DNA of 64,000 nt from a virus (IMGVR_UViG_3300031992_000012:96001-160000), one strand, 5' to 3'; shown: positions 48,032 to 57,918, counted from the first letter of the stretch. Program-made: numbers and translations. The notes: a model not told the origin generated them from the letters alone.

Positions 48032-49057
48032 ATGACGTTCATATTGGACAGACTTGATTCTCCAACCTGGCCTTTCGACACGCCGATGGACGGTTTTCCG
48101 ACTACGCTGTTCTGCGACGCCAACATAGTGTCCGCCGACAGGTGCGTGGTCACGTCCGTTCTTGTCGGTAACGGAGTAGTGTACGTCCAGGCGACATCAT
48201 ACCTGAACAACAATCCGGTAACACTTCACTCGAACGCGACAGGACTGGAGAGGGGAGGAAAGGTCTACCTGTACGACGATGACGACAACTGTTTCGGTTG
48301 GCTTCTTATGGGATGGCCCCTGCCCGAGGCTTATACGGCCGACGGGATAAGCAGGGAGCTGTGCCGTTCCACATGCACCCCGTTCGGAGAGGTTCAATCG
48401 GTTAACCCTTCCGGAATGACAGGCGATTGGATGGTGGAAGGGCTCGACGGAATAGAGGTGACCCATGAGAACTCGGGCGGGACAATGGTGATAAAATTCG
48501 ACACGGACGAATCGTACTTCAATGTCCCTTCAGGCGACGAAGTTGATTACGGAAACGGAATAGGCATATACGCCATAAACAACCAGCCAGGCCCGACCGT
48601 AGCCTTCGACATGGACGGGAACGGTGACATGTTCGCTGTCACCGCGACCGAGGACGGAGAGGAAGTACTCAAGGAAATAGTACTCATCCCTGACATGTTT
48701 CTGGAGTATCCTTATTCCCCGCCGGGCACCGACCCCACGGAGGTCGTGGACAGGGAGGTGCGGACAATACAGTTCAGCGGACCCACGCTTATCGGGGGCG
48801 ACATAAACCACATACGCTGGAGCGGCTGGTATCTTCAGTACGAAGGCGCGTTCCTAGTAAGCACGCCCGAGTTCGGAGGGTATGTCGATCTGAATGCTTA
48901 CCCGACTGGAATCTACGGCCCGTCGCTTTACATAAAATGGCCCGCGTGCGTGCGAAGGGATTATGTAAGAAGCATAATAAAGACGTCTACCGAGGACGGG
49001 AGCTCCATTCCGTATCCTCTGGACAAGGTTCTGAACGACGATGGCTCAGGTAATTAA
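48032..49057 (+). CDS. Tail-associated hypothetical protein
   Basis: TWPFD, IYAINN; paralogous features with neighbours. Confidence 0.6.
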   Translation: MTFILDRLDSPTWPFDTPMDGFPTTLFCDANIVSADRCVVTSVLVGNGVVYVQATSYLNNNPVTLHSNATGLERGGKVYLYDDDDNCFGWLLMGWPLPEAYTADGISRELCRSTCTPFGEVQSVNPSGMTGDWMVEGLDGIEVTHENSGGTMVIKFDTDESYFNVPSGDEVDYGNGIGIYAINNQPGPTVAFDMDGNGDMFAVTATEDGEEVLKEIVLIPDMFLEYPYSPPGTDPTEVVDREVRTIQFSGPTLIGGDINHIRWSGWYLQYEGAFLVSTPEFGGYVDLNAYPTGIYGPSLYIKWPACVRRDYVRSIIKTSTEDGSSIPYPLDKVLNDDGSGN

Positions 49058-49727
49058 CAAAAATTTCAAGGACTGGTCGGCCGGTAGGAAGTACCCGTTC
49101 GACGAGGAATGCGACCTCACCTGCACCGACGGCCGCCGTCTTCCCCTGTCCTATTTTGTAGACGCCGTCATCTATCCGGCGCTCGACGGGACGTTCGACA
49201 TTACCCGCATAGACGCGGAAGGAATGGTCATATCGTCAACCAACTGGGAGGGCGAAGCGCTTTTCTCGAGCTACCAGAACGGCTGGATGCCTGTTATAAG
49301 AAGGGGAAGCATAGTGGGGAGCATAGTCCTTAACGACAACGACTACGCCTATGTCCTGGGGCTCGCGTCCGTTCACCCGATGACGTTCCGCACCGGTCAC
49401 CTTCGCTTCACCCCCGGTGTTGTGCGCTCCTTCTGTAAAAGGACGGAGAATCTCGAGGAGAAGCCTACATTCTTCGGCGAGGAAGTCGAGACGCTTGACG
49501 CCTCGCTTGACTCGGAGCGTTTCACCGTTCTCCAGGACTACACTGTGGACCTCGACCTGACCGTGACGGCCTACACGGTTCATCAGCCGATAACGCATAT
49601 ATCGGTAAAGGGAGCAACATACGCCCTCGGCAAGAACGGCCATTTCATGATACGCACGCCAATATGGTGCGACGACCCGTTCATTTCCACAGGTGACGGC
49701 ATTATACTGCACAGGAGGGGCGCATGA
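49041..49727 (+). CDS. Tail-associated hypothetical protein
   Basis: RKYPFD...DG-x2-LP-x3-FVD. Confidence 0.6.
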   Translation: MAQVINKNFKDWSAGRKYPFDEECDLTCTDGRRLPLSYFVDAVIYPALDGTFDITRIDAEGMVISSTNWEGEALFSSYQNGWMPVIRRGSIVGSIVLNDNDYAYVLGLASVHPMTFRTGHLRFTPGVVRSFCKRTENLEEKPTFFGEEVETLDASLDSERFTVLQDYTVDLDLTVTAYTVHQPITHISVKGATYALGKNGHFMIRTPIWCDDPFISTGDGIILHRRGA

Positions 49728-50347
49728 CGTTTCAGCCAATGGACGTGCCGGTCTATGACATAGACTGGCCAATGCTTGAAGGCAAAGTCGTCGGACTGCA
49801 CGACATAAAAGTCGTGGTGTACCGCCGGCCATCCGGGGCGCAGGTTCCCTGCGACGTCATCGTGACATCCGCATCCGCCGGCTCGCTTACCATAGCTTTG
49901 GCGGCAAGAGGCACGGGCACGCCGTACCAGGGCACGTACATGACAATGACCGGGCTGACAGGCACGGGCATATCAAGCGGATTCGACAACGGATTCATGA
50001 GGGTCGACGTCACGACAGACGGACGCACGCTGTCGAAGGAAAGCGGAAACCTCAGAATAATGCCTACGTGCGTGTTCTGGCTATGCCCCGCACGCGAGGT
50101 GTTCGACCCGTCCAAGCTCCCTGTCCCCCACGAGGGGTGGACAAGGGAGGACGACTACGTCAACCGTAAAATCACCTACCGTGCCGACGAGACTACCACC
50201 ACTCCGCCTACACCGAATAAATTAATGATGATAAACGGGCTCTCCCCTACAAATCTGACTATAATGTCCAACGGCGTTGCGGACATAGTCAGCGGCGGAG
50301 GCACTATAACTATTTCACCCTACACCAGAGACGATGAACAACAGTAG
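49724..50347 (+). CDS. Tail-associated hypothetical protein
   Basis: ATGA overlap; LMMINGLSP. Confidence 0.6.
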   Translation: MTFQPMDVPVYDIDWPMLEGKVVGLHDIKVVVYRRPSGAQVPCDVIVTSASAGSLTIALAARGTGTPYQGTYMTMTGLTGTGISSGFDNGFMRVDVTTDGRTLSKESGNLRIMPTCVFWLCPAREVFDPSKLPVPHEGWTREDDYVNRKITYRADETTTTPPTPNKLMMINGLSPTNLTIMSNGVADIVSGGGTITISPYTRDDEQQ

Positions 50348-51002
50348 TTGGGAAAGTTGTCATGTTGATATAGACCAGCCGGGATTCTATGTATCAGACA
50401 TAAGTGTCCTCGGGAGCGAGGTCACGCCCCTGATGGAGGACAGCCTGATACGCACGCTCCCGGAAGAGGTGGTCGTGTGGGACTCCAAAATCGAGTACTA
50501 CCCTGTATTCAGCGACGTTAGCTGGTCCGCGAAACCACCGGCGATATTCAACCCGGACCCGTACGATGGTGACGACCAGGACCTCTACGACCCGGAGATA
50601 AGCTTGGGCATCCCGTTCCCGACGTCCATATACAACCCGTCGGTGAACGTCGAATTCCCTGGAGGGTTCCTGCGTCCGCCGACTCCGAAAATAGAGTACC
50701 AGGTGAACCCGTACATGCCCCCGCTTAACCTCGACATACCTCCGCTCAGCCTTCCCGACATAAGCATTCCGTACCTGGCCCTTCCCGATCTTGACATAAC
50801 AAACATCATCAGAAACGTTAAAGGACTGCGCACGGTAGAAATCAGCTTTCTCGGACCGTGCCTCGCTGCATCCAACAATTTCGACAGCACGTCCACGACC
50901 GAGACCATATTGGTGTCCTGGAACGCTCCGTCAACTGGCAGATACGCCCTGTTCTCCTCCAACGGGCAGTGCTACTGGCAGCCCATAAACGTCTGTCCTT
51001 AA
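50334..51002 (+). CDS. Proline-rich hypothetical protein
   Basis: Last gene of the + strand run; P/I/D-rich. Confidence 0.65.
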   Translation: MNNSSWESCHVDIDQPGFYVSDISVLGSEVTPLMEDSLIRTLPEEVVVWDSKIEYYPVFSDVSWSAKPPAIFNPDPYDGDDQDLYDPEISLGIPFPTSIYNPSVNVEFPGGFLRPPTPKIEYQVNPYMPPLNLDIPPLSLPDISIPYLALPDLDITNIIRNVKGLRTVEISFLGPCLAASNNFDSTSTTETILVSWNAPSTGRYALFSSNGQCYWQPINVCP

Positions 51003-51631
51003 AGATGTGACCGCCAGGTGTTTATATCCTCTACCAGGTGCGGGTATAAAAGCTTTCCGCGCGTGGTATAGGTCAGGATGTCAAGTTCAGGCTGCCCTGT
51101 CATGTCCTGCTCCTTCTCGAAGCAGGCGTCGACGCCGACGAATTTCGGCATCGGCGACCCAAGGTCCTTGTAGATGAACGGCGCCCCTTCCGTGCACGTC
51201 GCCTTTATCCTCATGAACGGACAGCTTTCGTCCGACTTCTTTATCGAGACGGGTCCGATTATCTCGCTCGGCGCGTTCTCAAGACTGTCCTCCATGAAAG
51301 TCATTAGGTCGACAAGCTTTGTCCTGCGCTCATCCAAGGTTCGCAGAAACTCCTTCATCCGGTATTCGTTGGAGAACATGAAGGAGGCCTTCCTGTCCCG
51401 GTACATTCCATGCGGCCTTTCTGGTGCTCCGAACTTGTACTCGACAAGCGAACATGGGTTGGCGAATGTCTCAAAGGCGGGAGGCGCCTTCCTGTTAAGC
51501 AGATTGGTCTTGGCGTGCAGAAGGAAGAAGCCGGGGTCGTCGAAACCTTCGCAGGCCGACACCCATACGTTAAGACGCCATTTATTGAGCGCCACATGTT
51601 CCTGGGTATTGTCGAGTGTTATCGAATACAT
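50999..51631 (-). CDS. Hypothetical protein
   Basis: 210-aa ORF convergent with the tail operon. Confidence 0.7.
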   Translation of the reverse strand: MYSITLDNTQEHVALNKWRLNVWVSACEGFDDPGFFLLHAKTNLLNRKAPPAFETFANPCSLVEYKFGAPERPHGMYRDRKASFMFSNEYRMKEFLRTLDERRTKLVDLMTFMEDSLENAPSEIIGPVSIKKSDESCPFMRIKATCTEGAPFIYKDLGSPMPKFVGVDACFEKEQDMTGQPELDILTYTTRGKLLYPHLVEDINTWRSHL

Positions 51632-51640
51632 CTGATTGTC

Positions 51641-51928
51641 CTATAGATAGAAAGATTCCGTGCCCATTATAAAACGACAGCGTGGAACGACAGACAGGCG
51701 CATTATCCGTTTCACGCTCTCCCTGACACTCTCGCGCATTTCCGGGGAAGCGGTGTTAAGCGCCCGGAACAGATGCGGGTACTGCATCGTGGCCTCGACC
51801 TTCTGCTTGCACTTCCAGCATTTCGGAGGTCTTGCGTTCCTTGCATAGTTTGTTGCCAACGCGGCCACAGAAGGGTCGCCTAGCAGCCATCGGTAATTCG
51901 ACGGGGTCACTGTTATTTCTGGGGTCAT
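51641..51928 (-). CDS. Small protein with CxxC
   Basis: ATG 51928 after gagga; CWKC. Confidence 0.55.
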   Translation of the reverse strand: MTPEITVTPSNYRWLLGDPSVAALATNYARNARPPKCWKCKQKVEATMQYPHLFRALNTASPEMRESVRESVKRIMRLSVVPRCRFIMGTESFYL

Positions 51929-52634
51929 TCGCTTTTTCCTCAAGCGTTCTGCACGCAATATATAGATTTTCCGGAAGCACGCCGCCCGTCGTGTCCAGCC
52001 AGGCGTTCACCTTTGTCCCGTGGCTTTCAAGCACATTCTTGAGACTCCTGGCGCCCAGGCATATGACATGCCTGTCGTAGAATGTCAGGTCCGGCACCGG
52101 GGATTTCTTAATCGAGCCATGGCATGACGACCATGTCACGTCCGGCAGCCTTCCTTCCGCCCGCCAGTAAGCCTCCATGACACGTACGGCCGTCTTCGGG
52201 GAGTCGCAGGCGAATACTGTATCACGGTATTCGTTATGCAGCCATGTATGGAACAGCCGCATCGAGGACCGTGGCCGCCCTGTCGAGTCGCAGTCCAGCC
52301 ATACCGGCTTGACGCCGTCGTGGTTCGGGCGGTATTCGACCAGCATCCGCTTCCCCGGAAGGGTTCCGTCGAACAATAAGATACCCTCGCGCATGGCCAC
52401 CCGGCCCTTAAGCAAATCCACGGGAAACCCGGTGTCCATGAAGGCGTTTCTCTTAAGCCATTTTTCAACGTCGTTCCTGCACCTCCCCCACCACCAGTCG
52501 CTGAACCAGGGTCCGATGCGTTTTGTCTTGGCGTTTGTCCACCCGCACCTTAGACAAAAAAGGACGCAGGGTTTAATTTTGCAGGGAACGACTGTATATT
52601 CTTTTTTGCAGAAAGGACATTTCAGGTACAGCAT
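51756..52634 (-). CDS. Zn-ribbon protein, possibly degenerate primase-like
   Basis: CPFC...CLRCG at the N-terminus; 3' end overlaps the next gene by about 170 nt. Confidence 0.55.
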   Translation of the reverse strand: MLYLKCPFCKKEYTVVPCKIKPCVLFCLRCGWTNAKTKRIGPWFSDWWWGRCRNDVEKWLKRNAFMDTGFPVDLLKGRVAMREGILLFDGTLPGKRMLVEYRPNHDGVKPVWLDCDSTGRPRSSMRLFHTWLHNEYRDTVFACDSPKTAVRVMEAYWRAEGRLPDVTWSSCHGSIKKSPVPDLTFYDRHVICLGARSLKNVLESHGTKVNAWLDTTGGVLPENLYIACRTLEEKANDPRNNSDPVELPMAARRPFCGRVGNKLCKERKTSEMLEVQAEGRGHDAVPASVPGA

Positions 52635-52653
52635 TCAGGATTATTCCGTAATA

Positions 52654-53661
52654 ATGAGAAACGCCTATAACGACAGTTCCGCCCTGAGGCATGAGGAGAT
52701 TTGCCGCCTCTACGGGCTTGATCCGACAGTCCATAATATAAAGGAAGCGGACGACTCTCCAAAGGCCCGCCATTTCGGGTGGCCGGCGGCCGAACGCTAT
52801 CCCATTGACACACCGGAGAGGACAAGGCTCTCCTGGGCGTACGCCAGCGAGGACGCCACGGGCCCCATGCGCGACAGCATCCTCGGCGCAATCAAGAAAG
52901 CCGCCGATTTCTGGGGTATCGAGCTCCCCGTCCGCAAGGAGGAGGAGAAAGAGAAGTCCTATGTCATCAAAATCAGCGGGGAAGGCTGGTCCGACAGCTA
53001 CGAAGTACGCAACCCGACGGAATTGAAGGCAATCGCGGAGCATGTCCGCAAGAACGCTTCCGACTTCTCTTATGACACCAAGCTACAGTTCGCCGACGGC
53101 ATCGTCTCGGCTCCCCGTTTCCTCAAGGAAAGGCTGGACGATGAGGACGTCAACTGGCTCCGTCGTGTCCGTGGTGAATTCCTTACCGACGGAAACTGCG
53201 TGAAAAAGGCCTGCGACGCCCGTGCACGCCATATCGAGGACTGCAAGAAGCCCGAATTGGGTAAAATCATCCGTGATTTGGGTACGAAAGCGGCCAGCAT
53301 GAGCGAAATGACTCCTGAATTGGTGCGTAAAGCCGCCTCCGCGTTCGATTTTGTCGACCGCGTGTGCGGTTTGACGCCTTTGTACGGCTCCAAAATGCTT
53401 AATTACCCGGAAATGTCCATTGAAGGCATGACTCCGGAAGCCCTGAAGTTCGCAACCGACAACGCGGTGTTCACTCCTACCGGTCGTATGACCTCCAGGA
53501 CCAGGATTGCCGTCCGTCGTAATGACATCAACGCGTTTTTCAGCAAGGTTTCCGGCGAGGACACCAGCAAGCTGGACATAAACGGCATCGTCACCCGCAT
53601 GCACCGTATGACGCCTGTGGAAGCCGACGCCTTCGAGGCGCTTCTGGGGGACAAGCTCTGA
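52654..53661 (+). CDS. Head-type protein with DUF6582-like motif
   Basis: FGWPAAERYPIDTPERTRLSWAY...IKKAADFWGI; KEAD, KNAS, KAAS motifs; real start probably ATG 52654. Confidence 0.65.
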   Translation: MRNAYNDSSALRHEEICRLYGLDPTVHNIKEADDSPKARHFGWPAAERYPIDTPERTRLSWAYASEDATGPMRDSILGAIKKAADFWGIELPVRKEEEKEKSYVIKISGEGWSDSYEVRNPTELKAIAEHVRKNASDFSYDTKLQFADGIVSAPRFLKERLDDEDVNWLRRVRGEFLTDGNCVKKACDARARHIEDCKKPELGKIIRDLGTKAASMSEMTPELVRKAASAFDFVDRVCGLTPLYGSKMLNYPEMSIEGMTPEALKFATDNAVFTPTGRMTSRTRIAVRRNDINAFFSKVSGEDTSKLDINGIVTRMHRMTPVEADAFEALLGDKL

Positions 53662-53662
53662 T

Positions 53663-54322
53663 ATGCGCAAACTCGATCTTTGGCAGAGCGACGAGGCGTT
53701 TGGTTCCTCCCTTCTTATTGCCTGCCTGGACGACTGGGGCTCCGAGTTCCTGAACTGGGAACCCGAGACCATGGAGATAACGGTAAGGGAGAAGTACGGG
53801 AAAGACGTACGGGACGACAACATCCTGCGTCTTCTGGCGGCTGTCTCCGTGTTTACCTCCGAACTTTTCTATGTTGACCTGAACGCTTTCTGCGCAGCCT
53901 GCACGGTTCTGGATTTTGAACGTACATCTGTCGACAAATTCGTCCCGGCAGGGCTCGACGAGATAATGTGGGGGCTTACTGAGGCCCGCATGTTGCTCGG
54001 CGGGATAGACCAGAGGAAGTTTTCCGACGAGGTGGCCCTCTACACGGGCAAATTGCTTGAGGAGGAGGGCATCGAAAACCCGCCCGATGCGTTAAAGTAT
54101 GCGAAGCGAGTCATGCAGGGCACCTCGGCGGACACGCTCGCCGACCTACCGGACCTGGCGCAGATGTTCCAGGAGGACCAGGAACTAACCAAGGAAGAGC
54201 TAGACCGTGGTGCCATGGAAAAGCTAGCAAGACTCCTTGACCAGATAAACGAACTCAAGCTGGACACATCCGACCTCTCTGAGTTCAAGGAAATGCTGAA
54301 CCGGATGAAGGAAGGAAAATGA
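53663..54322 (+). CDS. Hypothetical protein
   Basis: 219 aa; acidic; WEPET motif. Confidence 0.75.
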   Translation: MRKLDLWQSDEAFGSSLLIACLDDWGSEFLNWEPETMEITVREKYGKDVRDDNILRLLAAVSVFTSELFYVDLNAFCAACTVLDFERTSVDKFVPAGLDEIMWGLTEARMLLGGIDQRKFSDEVALYTGKLLEEEGIENPPDALKYAKRVMQGTSADTLADLPDLAQMFQEDQELTKEELDRGAMEKLARLLDQINELKLDTSDLSEFKEMLNRMKEGK

Positions 54323-54690
54323 GCCAGCCAGGGATGCAGATGATACCAGGTCAGCGGCCCGACCCGCTGGCGCAAGGCGACTACCTGATGGACGGCGCCG
54401 GGCCTTTCGCAATGGCGGATGCAATGGCCGCCCAACAGGCGGAAGGCGGGCAGACAGCCGACCAGCAGGAGGCCGAAAAGCAGATTCTCGACCGTTTGAA
54501 GCAGGAGCAGGAGCGTCTGGGCAACTCCAACAAGATTAAGGAAATGTCCCTTAAACTTGTCGAGGAGATGCAGAAGGCGCAGGAGCTCGAAGCGAGGATG
54601 CAGGAGCACCCGGAAGTCGAGGATATGGTAATGCAGCTTCTTCAGGAACAGGACCAAGAAGATAACACAGAAGGAACGATTGAACAATGA
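54319..54690 (+). CDS. Q/E/M-rich coiled-coil protein
   Basis: ATGA overlap. Confidence 0.7.
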   Translation: MSQPGMQMIPGQRPDPLAQGDYLMDGAGPFAMADAMAAQQAEGGQTADQQEAEKQILDRLKQEQERLGNSNKIKEMSLKLVEEMQKAQELEARMQEHPEVEDMVMQLLQEQDQEDNTEGTIEQ

Positions 54691-55139
54691 ACGAGTTTTT
54701 CAATTTGGCGGCCAAAATCGCCTATGACAACAGAATCGCGGCCAAGGAAGCCGGTGAAAAGTGGGACAAAATCAAGGCCGCTGCCAGCAAGGCGGGAGAA
54801 AAGGCCAAGACCATCGCCAAAAACCCGCATTTCCAAAAGGGCGCTGCATCAGTGGCTGCCGGAACAACTGCCGGTGTAGCCGGAAAAATGCTTGGAATGA
54901 GTGGTAAGGGTGCTCTCGGTCTAGGTGCCGGCGTTGCTGCTGGTACTGAAGCGGGTCTCGAAGGCGGTCCTGCGCTTGTAAAAGCGATCAAAGACCGTAT
55001 TAATAGTAAGAAATCCAAAGTCGACCCGACTCTGGGATTGAGAAAGGTTGAAGGAACAAATCTGACTACACACAAGGACTACTTGGCGCCGGAAGCGAAG
55101 AAAGAAAAAAGACCCGGGCCTTTTAAAGAAAACCTTTAA
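54687..55139 (+). CDS. Glycine-zipper protein
   Basis: KIAY/KEAG leader then AAGTTAGVAG...GALGLGAGVAAG. Confidence 0.65.
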   Translation: MNEFFNLAAKIAYDNRIAAKEAGEKWDKIKAAASKAGEKAKTIAKNPHFQKGAASVAAGTTAGVAGKMLGMSGKGALGLGAGVAAGTEAGLEGGPALVKAIKDRINSKKSKVDPTLGLRKVEGTNLTTHKDYLAPEAKKEKRPGPFKENL

Positions 55140-55150
55140 TAAGATGTAAT

Positions 55151-55187
55151 AGAGCCCCCGGAGATTACTTCGGGGGCTTTACTTTTT
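55151..55187 (+). terminator. Intrinsic terminator between convergent genes
   Basis: agagcccccggag/cttcgggggcttt followed by a T-run. Confidence 0.75.
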
Positions 55188-55248
55188 ACAACGCGTTGGA
55201 AAATTGCCAAAATTGGCCGATTTTTGACCGAAAAATTGCCAAAAACGC

Positions 55249-55701
55249 CTATTCTTCTGATTTCGCGGCGTTTATAACCTTCTTATCGCGTTCTATTTGC
55301 GCTTTTTGAGCCTTTTTCTGGGCTTCGACGGCCGCTTCGACCTCTTTTTGGGCCAGTTCACTCTTGTTCATGGCCTCGTAAAGCTTTCTTTCTATCTCGA
55401 TCAGCATCTCGCTGACCGATTTTTGGTCTTTCAGAGGCACTTTTTTGAGAACATAGCGCATCCGCATGAGTCTCGCGGCCATTTCCTCGTACGTGAAGAA
55501 CACGGAATCGCGTAAATCCGTCACAGAGGGCTTCAAATAGACCACAAAACCGATGCCGGTGTCCTCGATTGAGCGGATTCTGGTGTACTCCTGCTCCACC
55601 GAGCCCGTTTCTCTGGCGACGGAATCACCTTTAAGAGCCTCGTTTTGGGCAATTTCAGACGATCTGACCGTCTTTTTGCCGTCAGCACCAAGAATTTGCA
55701 T
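55249..55701 (-). CDS. Hypothetical protein downstream of terminase
   Basis: SD aaggagga before ATG 55701. Confidence 0.75.
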   Translation of the reverse strand: MQILGADGKKTVRSSEIAQNEALKGDSVARETGSVEQEYTRIRSIEDTGIGFVVYLKPSVTDLRDSVFFTYEEMAARLMRMRYVLKKVPLKDQKSVSEMLIEIERKLYEAMNKSELAQKEVEAAVEAQKKAQKAQIERDKKVINAAKSEE

Positions 55702-55733
55702 GTAAAATCCTCCTTTTTGGCCTGAAAAGGCCC

Positions 55734-57476
55734 TTATTTCCAGTTTTCCCTGTTGTCGTAACGCGAAATAAGCGAGCCGAGTGACGGTCTGCGCTGATTT
55801 ATGTACCAAGCGGCGTTCGCCGCGAGGTTGATTGCATGCGCCGTATCGTCCGGATGGGTGCCCATTCGCGTTATAAGTCGTATTTCGCCGCAGTTCTGAG
55901 TCTTTCTAATGTCCTCGCCGAGGGCAAGGAAGTCGTCAAGAAGGTCGGAGCACGTACTATACTCCGGCAACAGCAGTTGTTTTGCCTTGATTGCGCCTAA
56001 AGACAACGCTAGAGAGCGTGTTTTATCCAGTGTGTAATACCCCGAACGCCCTCCGGACGGCGGCATGAAGCGCAAAGTATCCTGTCTGGGCGCCCACATG
56101 TACACCAAAGGCACCGTTGTGATGCCTGTCCCGGACATTTCCTGTATCAGCATCTCCTCCTTCACCGCTCCGGCGCCCGTTCCGTCATGCGCTATGATGT
56201 CGCATCCGAATTCTCCGGCCAGAGATACCGCTTTTCCTATCTGTTCGGGCGTGGAAACGCCGAGGGGAACCTTATAGATGTATAAAACTTCCATCGCTTC
56301 CCGCATCGGATGAATGCCAAGGACTGCCATGACAGTGAAAGACTCCCCATCAAGTCCGTATCCACCCCAGTCAACTCCTAGAATTCGTTGTGCAAAGGAC
56401 TTTGTTACGCTCAAGGCAGCTTCCATTGTATTAGGACGACCAGTAGTTGCGCTTTCAAGGTCTCCTCGTGTAACAAGACGGACGGCTTCATCACAAGGCT
56501 CGCCTAGACATTCGTTCTTGAACTGCGCCGATGGGTATTCCGCCATCTTTTTAAGCAGTTCCTGCCATTTGGCCTCCGATGTGCAATGTAGCGGGTGTGT
56601 AACCTGCGATAGATGGAACCCATCAAATGCCGCTCTACGTTCGGGATGCCGGAATGAAAAGTAGCTGTGTCTAACATCCAGGGGTTTTCCACATTTCGCG
56701 CAGACACATGTATGCTTTCCAATCATCCTCTGAAGGTCATATTCCAGCGAACCTATGTTTTCCTTGTGACAGTGTTCACAACGAATAGTCACCTCTCCCA
56801 TCGAGGATTTATTGAAATAATAGGGAAGCGTCCCGTCTGTAAGTTTAGGCGTTCCTGTAAACAGGTATGTACCGCCTTCGCGAACAGCGGACATTGTTTC
56901 CGCAGCGATGTTTATGACATCGACCTCCATGTCATCCGCTTCGTCACACACCATTAATTTCACACTGCTAACTCCGCGAATACGGCCAGCATCTGTGCCG
57001 ATATACGCAAAATGAACGCGGCTTCCGGAGCAAAACTCACGAATGAGCATGGAGTTATTGCATTTGTTGTTTATGAAGTAGTTTGCTATGAAAGATTGCG
57101 CCACCATGTTTCGGAAGGTGATGTTGGATATGTTCCTGACCTGGGAAAACTGAGGTTCGCATATCATCATGTGGTTGTTAGGTATAAGCCCGCATCGCAG
57201 AATACAACTACTAACCAGCCCTTGTGACTTGCCGACCTGACGCCCTGTCATAAGCACCATGCGCCGTGGCATTCTCAGCCGGTACAGCGGTTCAAGCTGG
57301 AAATGGAACTTAAGGGAATACGGATGCCCCTCGAAGCGGAGAAGCGGCAGGAACGTCGCAAGAGTCGGTTCCTTGTCCCTTTTGCTGAGGGTTATGAGGT
57401 TCTTGACTATTTCCGGTACGCTCGCACCCACCTTTATGCCGGTGTCGCTCTCGCCCGGAACCCACAGGTCTTCCAT
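55734..57476 (-). CDS. terL: Terminase large subunit (lambda gpA-like)
   Basis: GRQVGKS Walker A, VCDEAD Walker B, GTP coupling motif, CEHC/CAKC zinc finger, NECLG, GVDWG and PDDTAHA nuclease motifs. Confidence 0.92.
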   Translation of the reverse strand: MEDLWVPGESDTGIKVGASVPEIVKNLITLSKRDKEPTLATFLPLLRFEGHPYSLKFHFQLEPLYRLRMPRRMVLMTGRQVGKSQGLVSSCILRCGLIPNNHMMICEPQFSQVRNISNITFRNMVAQSFIANYFINNKCNNSMLIREFCSGSRVHFAYIGTDAGRIRGVSSVKLMVCDEADDMEVDVINIAAETMSAVREGGTYLFTGTPKLTDGTLPYYFNKSSMGEVTIRCEHCHKENIGSLEYDLQRMIGKHTCVCAKCGKPLDVRHSYFSFRHPERRAAFDGFHLSQVTHPLHCTSEAKWQELLKKMAEYPSAQFKNECLGEPCDEAVRLVTRGDLESATTGRPNTMEAALSVTKSFAQRILGVDWGGYGLDGESFTVMAVLGIHPMREAMEVLYIYKVPLGVSTPEQIGKAVSLAGEFGCDIIAHDGTGAGAVKEEMLIQEMSGTGITTVPLVYMWAPRQDTLRFMPPSGGRSGYYTLDKTRSLALSLGAIKAKQLLLPEYSTCSDLLDDFLALGEDIRKTQNCGEIRLITRMGTHPDDTAHAINLAANAAWYINQRRPSLGSLISRYDNRENWK

Positions 57477-57843
57477 GTTGCCCTTTCCTTGTTATATTAG
57501 ATAAAAACAGCAATAAAATGCGTAATAATGACTTGCGATTGCAAGTAGTCCCTAAAAGGGCTATTTGTGCTGACATCGCAAAACCAGAACCGTAAACCCG
57601 GTTCTTTTCTTTAGTACGTAAATTACAGCGGGTTCCACAGATGGCAAACCCGCCATAGGTTGTCGGGCTTCTTGAAGGCATCCTTCAAGGCGGCGCATGC
57701 TGTTCACATCTCTGTCTTCTACAGCCGGCTGCGAGCCGGCTTCCGCAGATGGTTAAAGGACAACCGTTGATTTTGTTTAAAGCCGTAAATGATACCGTCA
57801 CGGGAATCCCGTGACCGGCGTAGTGTTTCCTGGGGATTTTCAT

Positions 57844-57918
57844 AAGCCCTTCCCCGGGTACCCGCCGTGAACCCCTCCCTTCGCTCCCGCTTCACGGCGG
57901 GTACCCGGGGAAGGGCTT
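57844..57918. repeat. Perfect 28-bp inverted repeat with 19-nt pyrimidine-rich spacer
   Basis: aagcccttccccgggtacccgccgtgaa (57844-57871) and its reverse complement (57891-57918). Confidence 0.95.

Noticed and set aside
51756-51940. Programmed frameshift explaining the ~170-nt overlap of two minus-strand genes
   Set aside because: The A5 run is not a full slippery heptamer; a single-base indel or simple stop loss explains it equally well.
52177-52653. N-terminal 159 codons of the 494-aa ORF
   Set aside because: Overlaps the minus-strand Zn-ribbon gene; protein-like sequence begins at ATG 52654.
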